Assembly: GCA_951406725.2 (NCBI GenBank)
Contig: OX597842.1
Span: forward strand, 6,200,001-6,264,000
DNA from: Octopus vulgaris
Taxonomy: Eukaryota
Direction of reading: 5' to 3'
Length of the DNA: 64,000 nt
The position numbers were made by a program, and so were the translations under genes. Positions 46,709 to 58,448 of this stretch are shown piece by piece. The stretch's first letter is position 1. Each line of letters opens with the position of its first letter. The notes beneath the pieces are model-generated. The model saw nothing but the letters and a program-made list of their open reading frames with translations. It was not told the DNA's origin and did not search any database.

Positions 46709-47141
46709 GATAGAATGGTTGTATACTGTCAATCTAACACGAACGTGACAGTAGGGGGTACACCACCGCTGTATAGCCCTAGGAAGCATCGACGCCTCCT
46801 GATGGCTTTGACACATTTTTCCCTGTGTCCTTATATACATTTACGAATTATACATTCACTGAATTATAGATATATACAATACGATGTCGAGACAAATATC
46901 GCTGGCTGACCGGTGTCTGCTACTCTAGGCCGATGAAGGACAATGATCCTGAAACACGTGTCCCTAGATGCAGCTCCGGCGGCCGGGGGTGTTTGTCTCC
47001 CCTTCGTAAATGTATATAAGGACACAGGGAAAATGTGTCAAAGCCATCAGGAGGCGTCGATGCTTCCTAGGGCTATACAGCGGTGGTGTACCCCCCTACT
47101 GTCACGTTCGTGTTAGATTGACAGTATACAACCATTCTATC
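46709..47141. mobile_element. Inverted-repeat element (about 139-bp arms) with central hammerhead, probably Penelope-derived
   Basis: Arms 46709-46847 and 47003-47141 nearly perfectly complementary. Confidence 0.8.
46924..46968 (+). ncRNA. Minimal hammerhead, U4C core
   Basis: UCUAGG CCGAUGA AGGA caauga UCCU GAAA CACGUG UC^ CCUAGA. Confidence 0.75.
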
Positions 47142-47266
47142 TATCTATATATATATATATATATATATATAGTTAATCCAAACAAGAAAACACAAAAAAA
47201 AACAGCAACGCGAGGACGTGGAACAAATAAAGTATTATTGGACGCTCAGGAAAGAAGGGAAGGAGG

Positions 47267-47301
47267 GTTTAACGTTTCGAGCGGAGCTCTTCGTCGGAAA
47301 C
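47267..47301 (-). ncRNA. Minimal hammerhead-like motif, U4C core, in a pLTR-like fragment (47172-47370)
   Basis: GUUU CCGACGA A GAGC ucc GCUC GAAACGUU AAAC. Confidence 0.6.
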
Positions 47302-47371
47302 AAAGGAGAAGGAAAGATCCCGAGAAGGGAAGACAGAGGGAAAAAAATTGCTGGTGGTGCTCATGAGGTCG

Positions 47372-47603
47372 CGTGTGTGTGTGTGTATGTTTGTGTGTCT
47401 TTGTTTGCCCCCCCCCCAACATCGCTTAATAACCGATGCTGGTGTGTTTACGTCCCAGTAACTTAGCGGTTCGGCAAAAGTGACCGATAGAATAAGTTCT
47501 AGGCTTACAAAGAATAAGTCGTGGGGTCGATTTCATTCGACTAAAGGCGGTGCTCCAGCATGGCCGCAACAAATGACTGAAAGAAGTAAAAGAGTAAAGA
47601 GTA
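47372..47603 (+). mobile_element. SINE family A 3' half
   Basis: aacatcgctt..gcggtgctccagcatggccgca..gtaaaagagta. Confidence 0.85.
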
Positions 47604-48570
47604 AGAATATATGCCATCGATGACCTTCGCAGGTTCTCCAATATTTTAATTTCTAAACAGAAACAATCGGGGGCAGGGAGTTGGGTTAGCATATAAATGT
47701 ATTTATGGCGAAAAAACTATTGAAAAACATCAATGCATGCGAGAGTGATTAAGAAACGAGGAGGGTTGTCTTTGGGTGTGCTAGAAACAACAGCTAAATA
47801 GCCCTTAAATCACTCACTTTTCCCTCTGAAAATATTAACATTTTTTTTCACCGAAAATACTCTTCGCATGGTTTTGAAGTGCAAAAAAAATTGGTCAAAA
47901 TAGGTCCAGAGTGGGATGATGAGGGAGGGGTGTAAAACAAAAAGAGTTTTCAAAATATTTTTCATACAAAGCTGCCCCCCACCATCCCCATCATTTCGAA
48001 GGCTGTGGTTTAAAGTAAAAGGGGATAATCCCCGGAAAAATTTTCCCACAAATTTCTTTATAATTGTAATCTAAGCCGTTTGGAAAAATTATTTCCCATA
48101 ATTCCCTATATCCCCTGAAGCCACAACATCTAAGCCGTATTTGTAGCGAATTTTGTGAAAAAATATCCATTTTTCTGAATGTTATGAGGCAACAAAAATC
48201 AGTGGGTGTATATATCTATAGTAATGCTCTTTCATTCATACGACTTGTTTTCATTTCATGTTTATTTCATTCATTATTTGCAATTTTCTCTCCCCCCCCC
48301 CCGCCTCTCTCTCTCTCTTTCAAACACACTGCAAAGCTTACAGATGGGCTGCTGAATTGAAATCTCTTTGTTGCTTTGAGGGGAAGGTAAAACTTGACAA
48401 ACCGCTTCTCCCTCTGCTGTTGTTCGTTTAAAAAAGGGAGATTATGACTGCTAAAATAATGAGAGCAATATCTACTAAGCAAGTGAGCACTATTATACAA
48501 AGGAATTAGACGTAAAATATCATAAAATTATTAGAAATAGGAGTTAACTGTGAAAATGTTATCAAGGCGT

Positions 48571-48962
48571 AGGAGTGGCTGTGTGGTAAGTAGCTTGCTT
48601 ACGAACCACATGGTTCCGGGTTCAGTCACACTACGTGGCACCTTGGACAAGTGTCTTCTACTATAGCCTAGGGCCGACCAAAGCCTTGTGAGTGGATTTG
48701 GTAGACGGAAACTGAAAGAAGCCCGTCGTATATATGTCTATATATATATGTGTGTGTGTGTGTGTCTGTGTTTGTCTCCTCAACATCGCTTGACAACCGA
48801 TTCTGGTGTGTTTACGCCCCCGTAACTTAGCGGTTCGGCAAAAGAGACCGCTAGAATAAGTACTAGGCTTACAAAGAATAAGTCTTGGGGTCGATTTGCT
48901 CGACTAAAGGCGGTGCTCCAGCATGGCCACAGTCAAATGACTGAAACACGTAAAAGAGTAAA
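48571..48962 (+). mobile_element. Full-length SINE family A (tRNA head, CORE-like gcaccttggacaagtg, internal microsatellite, LINE-like tail)
   Basis: ggagtggctgtgtggtaag..ggttcagtc..gtaaaagagta. Confidence 0.93.
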
Positions 48963-49489
48963 CGAGTGGCTAGCAGAAAACCGCCCAGAGGGCAGTCTTT
49001 CTGCAAGTATATATATCAATACACACACACACACACACACACACATACATACATACATATATCTCTTATTATAAAAGGCAGATTTTATCTGCCTCCCTTT
49101 GGGAGTTATAGAAATCTACAATATAGGATTTCTTCAATTACAATTTACCTAACATTTTTAAGAGTACAATGCATCGCGTCATGCCAGGTCCAGTTTTTAA
49201 AATTTAAACTCCAATTAAGCAAAATTTACAGAAAACTCACATTCTGCTGTGTGTGTCAAATGTTTTTCTTAATGTGGTTTACACCACACGCAAACGCACA
49301 CACACACAAAGGGAGCGAATTGTTTCACTGACGCTATCACCCATCTCCTCCTTTGTCTTTGCAAGTTGGCAGCTATTAAAGTGAAAACAGTGAATCCGAC
49401 AGCGATTAAGAACACGTATTAGCACCTGAATGGAGTGAAAATTTAAAAACTGTTTCTTTCGGTGATTTTTCTGAAGAAACTGCACCAAG

Positions 49490-50277
49490 CCACAGACTTT
49501 CCCAGAAGAGTAAAGCCTTAGACTATTTCTATTTACTTTTTCGAATGAGCCCATTTAAAATCATTACGGCAGAAACGAAACGTTACGCTAAACGTAAACA
49601 AAACGAAAGAAACGATAGTTTGTTATTTCCCACAACCTTAAATGAAATTAAGGCCTATTTTGCCATAAATATTATTATGGGTATCAGAAAGTTACCCAGA
49701 ATAACAAATTCTATCGTAAAATTTTGTTGTATACCCAATTGAATATTAGCTAATAACCCATTTTCTATAGCGATGTTTGAACAAAATTTTAATAATTTTA
49801 CAGAAAGTTACCCAGAATAACAAATTCTATCGTAAAATTTTGTTGTATACCTAATTGAATATTAGCTAATAACCCATTTTCTATAGCGATGTTTGAACAA
49901 AATTTTAATAATTTTACAGAAAGTTACCCACCCAGAATAACAAATTCTATCGTAAAATTTTGTTGTATACCCAATTGAATATTAGCTAATAACCCATTTT
50001 CTATAGCGATGTTTGAACAAAATTTTAATAATTTTATATATTGTTGAATTTACCTGTATCTACCTGCAATTAGAGTCACTTTGTGACAAAAATTACAGTA
50101 TAGAATTGGTTGAGGACATTTCATTAAATTATCTTCCAAAAATCACATTAATATATTGATAAATAAAAAAGTTATAGTTGTTTAATGAAACCAGACTAAA
50201 TTTATGATTACGTTAGAAATTAATTGAAACACATAAGGGGTGTATTTTGGTCAGAAATATAGTAACGAAAGGATTAA
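49490..50277 (+). mobile_element. piggyBac transposase fragment and right end
   Basis: IITAETKRYA..PTTLNEIKAYFAINIIMGIRKLP; terminal acgaaaggattaa resembles the piggyBac AAAGGG-TTAA end. Confidence 0.65.
49685..50036. repeat. 116-bp tandem repeat, three near-identical copies
   Basis: cagaaagttaccca.. at 49685, 49801, 49917. Confidence 0.93.
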
Positions 50278-50779
50278 GAAAAACCAAAAATATTTTATTC
50301 TTTATAAATGTTGTATTCAAAATAACATTTTCTTTTAAGAATGCGTATATAACAAAGTATGTGTATATAACTACGTGGCTTATATCTTTATATATAAGAG
50401 TGAAGTTGTGTGTCTGTCTCCTACGATTTAGATTCCTAACTACTCCCACATTTTGCGGTGCAGTGTAACCAAAACCGGGTATCTTATAGTCGTGATTCAT
50501 ATCGAGCCCTTCTGGGTATTAGCGCGCGTCTACGATGAGTCTACGATTTAAAAAAATTTACCATCATATTTTTCCATTTTAATGCATTTTTTTCGCTATT
50601 ATATAAGGAAAGTAACTCTCTAAAAATATCTACGATGTGTCAACGATTTAAAAAGAAATTTAACTTAATTTTTTTTCCATTTTTTATGCATTTTTTTCCT
50701 ATTTTTTGGCTATAACTCTCTAAAATGCTTATATAGTTATTTCCCTTACAAACCCGAGCAACGCCGGGCGATACTGCTA

Positions 50780-50817
<38 letters not shown>

Positions 50818-51114
50818 AGGGGAGTTTATTCGTAATTTTACATCCGGAAGGCCGATATATATACGTCACTAAAGTGACTAAGAGTATTAGTCAGCTCCAG
50901 TATTGCTAGAAATAAGAGTCAAAACAACTTTTAGCTATTAGAAAGCAGTTAACATATGAGTCAAGCTTCCTCAGCATCTGGCATGGCCAGATCACTAATG
51001 ATTTTGCACTTTTATTAATGCTCATCGGTGGCTCTCACATGGGCCTAGGGTTAACTTCCACTCGCCTTCTCAGTTTATGAGATTACCGTAGAAATCATAC
51101 GCTGATTTCATTAT

Positions 51115-52406
51115 GGTAACCGGTAAATTTCACCAAAGTATATTCCACCATGGTAGATTTCACCATAGGTGAAATTATTATAATAATGATAATAATAATA
51201 ATTATTATTATTATAATCATTAGCAGATCATTATTTAGAAGGGTTCCACAATGCTTTGTGCTCATCACTAACATCCACAAATCCAAATTTGTGGAAACTA
51301 TGCACTGCCCTTAGATCTGAGGAAGGATTAAGCCAGACAAAAATTGCACACGTTTGACGTGGAGACTCAACAACAAAAGAAAAGACCTGTAGTGGATCTT
51401 ACATGCATGAAGTGGATTCGATCCACCATAGCTAAAATTAAATTAACACTGCAACAGAACTTTTCCCACGGTGGAACAATGGTTTTTCCCTGACAGCAGT
51501 TTTACATTTTCCAGATGCCTTTAGCTAGGCTGAAATAATGTCTTCAGCACTTGACCCTTTCTAACCTCTTCTACTTCACCAAAAACTAGAATAGAGATAA
51601 CAAGACCACCAACTTAATCTATTGTTCTCAATGATATATCTATCCTTCTGGATAGTTATAAAAGCAAGAACACCCCCAAGCAAAAATCAGTCGGTGACGA
51701 CTCAATCAGTTAGTCAGTTCAGAGACAACAAAGTCTGGCTGGCCAGCTAGAACCTTAGTCAGAGGGAGAAATGAAGTTTACTGTCAGCAACTGTGAGACA
51801 ACGTCCCACACCCTACAACTCTCATTAGCTCTAATTCTGTTCTCTTACAACATCATTCTATCTTCCTCTGTAATTATTACTAAACAATGAAGAAGACACA
51901 AACACAAACTTTACTTCGCATGCTTTTGAATTTATCATAACCTACCCGTCGAGGCAAGGTATTGTAATGTAACGGTAAATATTTCCTTAAAACTTCATGC
52001 ATTGTTCAGCTTTCACATCTTACAACATGCAATTATAACAACAAACCTTTATCGTTACAGACCTATCAAGTTATTGATGCACGACTGAAGAAACTAATTC
52101 AGGAATATCAAAATGAAAACCCTTGGCAATTTGTAAGAAGTATTGCACACAATTTGTCTTAAGAATTTTTCTTTTAAATAAATGAAACATTCTTATCCTA
52201 ACTCTGCTTCACAATGTACTCGGTGTTATTTTTTTATCCTATTGTTATAATAAAATGTGTGCTAAAATTTAATCATTTCTTTCTTTATCCCAAATTATAT
52301 TATTTTTGAAATTTTGTGATGAGTCTTTTTCATAGATGGGAGTACATTAAACTGATCCCAATTCAATTCAGATAGATTATAAAGATTATTTTCTACCTCA
52401 CCTTCA

Positions 52407-52495
<89 letters not shown>

Positions 52496-52619
52496 TCTCT
52501 CTCTTCTTAAGACTTGAGAGACAGATTAAATCACATTGGTATTGACCCACGGTGTACAGAAACTGACCATGGTGATTATTAGCGGGTGGAATATACTGTG
52601 GGGGAATTTACCTAGAATC
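51115..52619 (+). mobile_element. Mutator-like (MULE) deletion derivative
   Basis: Imperfect TIRs ..ggtaaatt.c.cca.agtatattccacc; 9-bp TSD tttcattat / tttcataat; transposase C-terminus HYLEGFHNAL..NPNLWK..EE and IDARLKKL..VRSIAHNL* (51221-51387 plus 52064-52162). Confidence 0.85.
51388..52059 (+). mobile_element. Solo LTR inserted in the MULE transposase
   Basis: TGTA...TACA termini, 4-bp TSD gacc at 51384-87 and 52060-63; MULE frame rejoins when it is removed. Confidence 0.9.
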
Positions 52620-52642
52620 TTTCATAATATATATATATATCT

Positions 52643-52914
52643 CGTGACCGACCAAGCTATTAGATGTTGCTACACATTGCTGGTCACATTGCGCTTCGCA
52701 TTGTTTTAGCCTTCAAATGACGCCACCCCGCTGGCTAAGCGAGCAGACCAACAGAAGAGTGAGAGAAAATTGCGGCGAATGAGTACAGCAGGGATCGCCA
52801 CCACCCCCTTCCGGAGCCTCGTGGAGCTTTTAGGTGTTTTCGCTCAATAAACACTCACAACGCCCGGTCCTACGACCGCGAGTCCGCTGCCCTAACCACT
52901 AGGGCATTGCGCCT

Positions 52915-52917
<3 letters not shown>
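52643..52917 (-). mobile_element. SINE family C
   Basis: Reverse complement of 58633-58930. Confidence 0.88.
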
Positions 52918-52957
<40 letters not shown>

Positions 52958-52980
52958 CATATATATATATATATATATTT

Positions 52981-53211
52981 GGCGGCGGACTGGCAGAATC
53001 GTTAGCACGCCGGGCAAAATGCGTAGCCGTATTTCGTCTGCCGCTACGTTCGGAGTTCAAAATCCGCCAAGGTCGACTTTGCCTTTCATCCTTTCGGGGT
53101 CGATAAATTAAGTACCAGTTACGCACTGGAGTCGATATAATCGACTTAATCCGTTTGTCTGTCCTTGTTTGTCCCCTCTGTGTTTAGCCCCTTGTGGGTA
53201 GTAAAGAAATA
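52981..53211 (+). mobile_element. SINE family B (full)
   Basis: Matches 31691-31921; (TA)n flanks. Confidence 0.9.
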
Positions 53212-53424
53212 TATATATATAGGTTATGAGAGGTAATTGAGACCCAAAGGTATCAGGTAATGCTGAATAAGTGCTATAGATAGACCGTCGTTAAGTTCCA
53301 GGTTCGGTGATTATGCGAATAAGGGGTTCAACGTTGGTCATATGTCAGCGTGTGTATAGAAAAAAATTTTCGTAATGAGATAAAAAAACCAAGGCTGTGT
53401 AGATTTCAGAACATTTATAGATAG

Positions 53425-53472
53425 GTCTTACAGCTGTTTCCAGGATATTTATTATATCCCTTCATCGGAGAC
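53425..53472 (-). ncRNA. Minimal hammerhead-like motif, U4C core
   Basis: GUCU CCGAUGA AGGGAUAU aauaa AUAUCCUG GAAA CAGCUG UA^ AGAC. Confidence 0.65.
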
Positions 53473-53687
53473 GGTGTGAGAAGATAGTTAAGAAATAGTC
53501 ATTTTAGATAAGATACAAAATAGAGGGTGAGGTGGAGGAAATAAAAGAAAATAGATGTGAGATATGTAGGAACATTGCATTTGTAGATCAATTTTCTTAC
53601 GGCAGAATTGTATACATATAAGATTCCAATACCTTATGAGTAAAATCCAATAGTATTTAAAATAGTATTTAATATTTAATAGTATTT

Positions 53688-53743
<56 letters not shown>

Positions 53744-53789
53744 ATGTATGTATGTATGTATGTATGTATGTATGTATGTATGTATGTAT

Positions 53790-54005
53790 GTATGTGTTTA
53801 GGTTTCCGTGTTTGTAACCCCATCATCGTATGACAACTGGTGTTGGTTTGCTTACGTCCCTGTAAATTAGCGGTTCGGCAAAAGCTACACATATAATAAG
53901 TACTAGGCTTACAAAAGGTAAGTCCTGGGGTCGATTTTTTCGACGAAAACCTTCTAAGGCGGTGCTCCAGCACGGCCGCAGTAAAATGACCGAAACAACT
54001 AAAAG
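53790..54005 (+). mobile_element. SINE family A 3' half, diverged
   Basis: gcggttcggcaaaag..ggcggtgctccagcacggccgcag. Confidence 0.8.
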
Positions 54006-54169
54006 AACGAAAGAATATATGTATATATGCGTGTACATCTAAGCGCACACAATACAAAAAGTGACAGAAAAGATCTATGTTTTGTGACAAAATCGCAAAA
54101 CATTGGAAATATAATACTCGTTTGAATGTCTTTATACTTCATGCTTTTGTTGTAGTAGTAAGAAAAAGA

Positions 54170-54785
54170 AGGTCATGTCAACAGCAGCCACAACAAACAT
54201 CAGCATCAAGATCGATGATGAAGAGATTGAAGTGGTTGATGATTTCATCTTCCTTGGCTCCAAAATAAATCGAGATGGTGATTGTACTCCAGAAATAAGA
54301 CGGCGGATAGTAGTAGGCAGAGAGGCAATGGTCAGCATGAGCAGGGTCTGGAAGAGTAGAGACATCATTGTCTTCTCAATAGCAACATATGGATGCGAGA
54401 CCTGGACACTAAAGAAAGCTGACAAGAAGAGTATTAATGCATTGGAGAAGACTTTTACGGATTCCATGGACAGCAAGGCTCACCAATGGAGAAGTTCTTA
54501 AGCAGATAAGGCCGAAAATGTCACTAGAAGCCAGGATCACCAAGCATAGATTAGCATATTTCGGTCATATTATGCGGAGAAAATCCCTGGAGAAGGACAT
54601 CATGCTCGGAATGGTCAGTGGCAAGAGAGGAAGAGGCCGACCAAGAACCCGCTGGATTGACACCATCAGGAGTGATAACGGAATGGACATAGCCAATCTG
54701 AAAGAAGCGGCCCAGGATAGAACTGACTGGAGGACATTGATCCAACGAGTGACCGAGAGTCGACATCGACTGAGCGGTTAGAGAG
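54170..54785 (+). mobile_element. RTE-clade (BovB-like) LINE 3' fragment
   Basis: IEVVDDFIFLGSKI, YGCETWTL, WRRLLRIPWTAR, YFGHIMRR, GKRGRGRPRTRWID. Confidence 0.9.
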
Positions 54786-54979
54786 AGAGTAGGAGTGAAG
54801 GTAATGGTGGTCGTTGTTGTGGTGGTGATATTGGTATCAGTTCAATAATCGTAGTGGATGCGGTGGCGGCGGCGGTGGTTGTGACGTTGGTTTTGCTATG
54901 GTCCTTCCCCCTAATACTAGTTACAGCTGTTATTGTAGTTGATACTGCTGTTGTTACTGTTTTTGTTGTTGTTGTTGTT

Positions 54980-55339
54980 TGTTTGTTGAGCGAAACGGTC
55001 TTCGTCCCAATGGGAGAAGTCCGAAACGTGGTCCTTTGCTATTCGTAAGACCCGCAGAAGAGAAAGCAGGTCAACCCCCGACACCGAGAGCATCGACGAA
55101 TGGATGCATGCACATCCAGGCTCAGCGGTTGTGTAGGAAGTTGGGGACAAGAAACAGGAAGAGTGAGAAAAAGTTAGAGCGAAAGAGTACAACAGGGGTC
55201 GCCCCCACCCCCTGCCGGAGCCTCGTGGAGCTTTAGGTATTTTCGCTCAATAAACACACACAACGCCCAGTCTGGGAATCAAAACCGCGATCCTCCGACC
55301 GCGAGTCCGCTGCCCTAACCATTGGGCCATTGCGCCTCC
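54980..55339 (-). mobile_element. SINE family C variant with different tail and about 50-bp flanking direct repeat
   Basis: Head as 58633; (CAA)n tail; 54923-54975 repeated at 55340-55390. Confidence 0.82.
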
Positions 55340-55810
55340 ACTGCTGTTATTGTAATTGATATTGCTGCTGTTACTGTTTTTGTTGTTGTTAATGTAGTGG
55401 GGTTTATTTCTTTCTTTTTTTTTTGTATGCTTTTGTGTTTCTCTTTCTGTCAAGCAAGACCAGACATATTTCAACATTCTAAAAGATTTTATGCGAGTGA
55501 CAAGGCTGGATTGGCTCATTCTGTTTTGACTAACTCAATGAAATAATGAAGAAAATCAATATTACAGAACTAGTAGGCTCCGGCGTGACTATGGTTGCTT
55601 CCCAACCACATTCCTCCTGGCCATGCTGGGGCACCGCCTTGAAGAATTTTTTAGTCAAGCAAATTGAGGTCCAATAATTTTTTGTTTACCTCTGGGACTT
55701 AATCTTTGGCCAAACCGCCAACAGATGGCAGCACTCGGTTGCGTGCGCAGTGAGAACTAGCTGTAACTTTCATGACGCAATGTGCCGTGTGACATAACTG
55801 TGTTTACTTC

Positions 55811-56580
55811 GGGGTCTGGACAAAAGCGCCTCAGCCAAAAGCCCCCTTGGACAAAAGGCCCCTAGGACAAAAGCCCAATGGTTATACTTTTCGACTATTT
55901 TTTCGTTTCTGGAATTTTTAGTTGAACGTATTGACCCCCAGAACTTTTTTTACTTGTTGCAGTTATTAGACTGTGACAAGCCATGCTGGGGCACCACCTT
56001 GAAAAATTTTTAGATGGCTGTATGGAACCCAGAATTTTTTTATAGTTTGATCAAAACCACGGATCTTTTCGGTTTGAACGGCAAATTTTTCTAGCGGTGT
56101 CATATGAAATTGTCACCCATAATTATGACCCTAGTAACGATCTATTGCATTTCAATCTGTTTTAGGGTTAGTTAGGGTTAGGGGGGGAGGGTATCTTTTT
56201 TTCTTCACAAATGTAAATAAACCCAATCTGTTTCTTAAACGAGGGACATATTCATACGGCACAGAATGTTTTTTTTACCTCAATAGACGTCAGTGATTGG
56301 TTGAAATTGCAGAAATTGAAGAAAAAAACCAACAGATATCTTACAAACTATAGAATTTTCTCAATAAAGCCAAGAGAAAAAGATGTTTTATAAACACATT
56401 CTATCAGTATACGAAGTTTAAAATTTTTTAGTTACCTAGAAATTATGTTAAAAACTGCCGTTCAAACCGAAAAGATCCATCGAAAAATATAACTGTGGGG
56501 CTTTTGTCTACTTTCACACTTTAACTATGGGTCTTTTGACCTAAGGGGCTTTTGTCCCAGGGAACTTTTTTCCTACACTC
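55811..56580. mobile_element. MULE-like MITE
   Basis: Exact 9-bp TSD gtttacttc (55802-10, 56581-89); subterminal ggacaaaagccc repeats inverted at the right end. Confidence 0.82.
56061..56478. mobile_element. MITE with 23-bp perfect TIRs and internal TTAGGG repeats
   Basis: ggatcttttcggtttgaacggca / tgccgttcaaaccgaaaagatcc. Confidence 0.9.
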
Positions 56581-56589
56581 GTTTACTTC

Positions 56590-56782
56590 GCAAGTTGTGA
56601 AATTTGTGTTTTTGTCATCATATGTAAGTTGTAGTTTGCGATTTTTGTTATGGAGAGGAAGTTGGAACAAAGAGTTAACGTGAAATTTTGCATTAAACTT
56701 GGGAAGTCTGCTATAGGAACATTGAACATGCTTCGACAAATTTACAAGGCAATGGGTCGTATGCAATGTTCTGAGTGGTACG
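56590..56782 (+). pseudogene. Mariner transposase N-terminal HTH fragment
   Basis: MERKLEQRVNVKFCIKLGKSA..TLNMLRQ..EW. Confidence 0.8.
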
Positions 56783-56902
56783 GATTACGTACAGACTTAC
56801 AAGGAATAAGTCTCGGAGTCGATTTGTTCGACTAAATGCGGTACTCCAGCATAGCCGCAGCCAAATGACCGAAACAAGTAAAAGAATAAAAAAAAATATA
56901 TA

Positions 56903-57137
56903 TTATAAGCGGTCACCGTGCATTGACAAAGATAAATAGTCTAATATTTGGGCATATAAGACCTCCATGGAAAAAAAGGAGGGTTGCCCGTACGCGTGAC
57001 ACTCGAACCCACACCTCTATGTTTTCGTGGTAAGTGTGCAACCGTTACGGTAGCAACCCTACTTTTTTCCATAGAGGGGTTTATATGTCCCACTATTAGA
57101 CTATTTATCTTAGTTGATGAACGGTGTTCGCTTATAA
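56903..57137. mobile_element. Fold-back element with about 85-bp arms enclosing a tRNA-like core
   Basis: Arms 56903-56987 and 57053-57137; (-) core taacggttgcacac..ggtgtgggttcgagt. Confidence 0.7.
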
Positions 57138-57232
57138 GCTTGAAGCTTATAAAATTCTACTATTATTAGTAAAATCGACACCGCTTACCAATAAAATCAT
57201 AGCAGATAACATCGCGCACGCACATATACATA

Positions 57233-57612
57233 TTTTACTCTTTTACTTGTTTCAGTAATTTGACTGTGGTCATGCTGGAGCACCACCTTTAGTCGAGCAA
57301 ATCGACCCCAGGATTTATTCTTTGTAAGCCTAGTACTTATTCTAGCGGTCATTTTTGCCGAACCGCTAAGTTACGGAGGCGTAAACACACCAGCATCGGT
57401 TGTCAAGCGATGTTGGGGGGACACACAAACATATACACACACACACACATATATACATACATATATACGACGGGCTTCTTTCATTTTCCATCTACCAAAT
57501 CCACTCACAAGGCTTTGGTCGACCCGAGACTATAGTAGAAGACACTTGTCCAAGTGTCACGCAGTGGGACTGAACCTGGAACCATGTGGTTCGTAAACAA
57601 GCCTCTTACTAC
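57233..57612 (-). mobile_element. SINE family A
   Basis: Full match. Confidence 0.9.
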
Positions 57613-57871
57613 ACACATACACATGTGTTGGCTGAGTAGGTGATTTTTTCTGTTGATGCTTTACATTCTATATAGTGAGGGGGAGAGAAAGAGAGGGAGA
57701 GAGAAAGCAAAAGAGAGATAGTGAGAGCAAACATAAGAGATGCATGATGAAATTACATTCTAGGCTTGGTGGCACACACACTGAAAAACGGATGAGGAGA
57801 GGGTGTAAATGATAGGATTATTATGAGAGAAATTTATTTCATTCAATTCATTTTTGAAGTAATAGATATTT

Positions 57872-57992
57872 TCATGTTTATCTTCACCTATGGTCATGAA
57901 TGTTGGGCAATGACCGAAAGAGTACGATCGTGAATACAAGCTGCCGGAATGGAGTTCTACCGAAGGATCTTTGGAGTATCATTACGCGACAG
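57872..57992 (+). pseudogene. RTE LINE fragment
   Basis: FTYGHECWAMTERVRS*IQAAGMEFYRRIFGVSLRD. Confidence 0.7.
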
Positions 57993-57998
57993 CACGAG

Positions 57999-58445
57999 TA
58001 CGAAGTGGGATCAAAAAGTTCCGAATTAGTTATGTTTAATGAAAAAAAATAACTTATTTATCTAAGTTCTAACATCTTCTTCGAAATAATCACATTGGGC
58101 AGCATTAGAACGGTCCCGAATTCCTGCCGCTTTTTGAATCCGGCCTGGAAGTCGTTTTCTGTAAGCGAGTCGAGGACCTTCTGCGATTGGCTCTGGATCT
58201 CGACAACGGTATTAAAACGGCGACCTTTGAGCAGCCTTTTCATCTTGGGGAAGAGATGGAAGTCTGCACGTGAGAAACCCACGTGTGAGGAGAGCTCGGT
58301 GACAGGGTGCGTTGTCATTGTGGAGAATCTAATTCTTCGTGCTCCACAGATCCGGTCACTTTCGCCGAATGTCCTCCCTCAAACGCAAGACCACGCAATA
58401 CCGCGGATGTCGAAAAAGACGATTGAGATGCGGCTTTTGAAGCGC
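57999..58445 (-). mobile_element. Mariner 3' remnant with TIR
   Basis: IVFFDIRGI, ADFHLFPKMKRLLKGRRF; terminal tacgaagtgggatcaaaaagtt. Confidence 0.8.
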
Positions 58446-58448
58446 CCG

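Larger units (their letters stand above)
49062..50780 (+). mobile_element. Compound non-autonomous Helitron containing a piggyBac fragment
   Basis: 5' a|tctcttattataaaag; second 5' module at 50385; 3' cccgagcaacgccggg..ctag|t. Confidence 0.72.

Noticed and set aside
48250-48500. Possible host exon or conserved element
   Set aside because: Unique-looking, but no recognisable protein, splice pair or structure to support a call.
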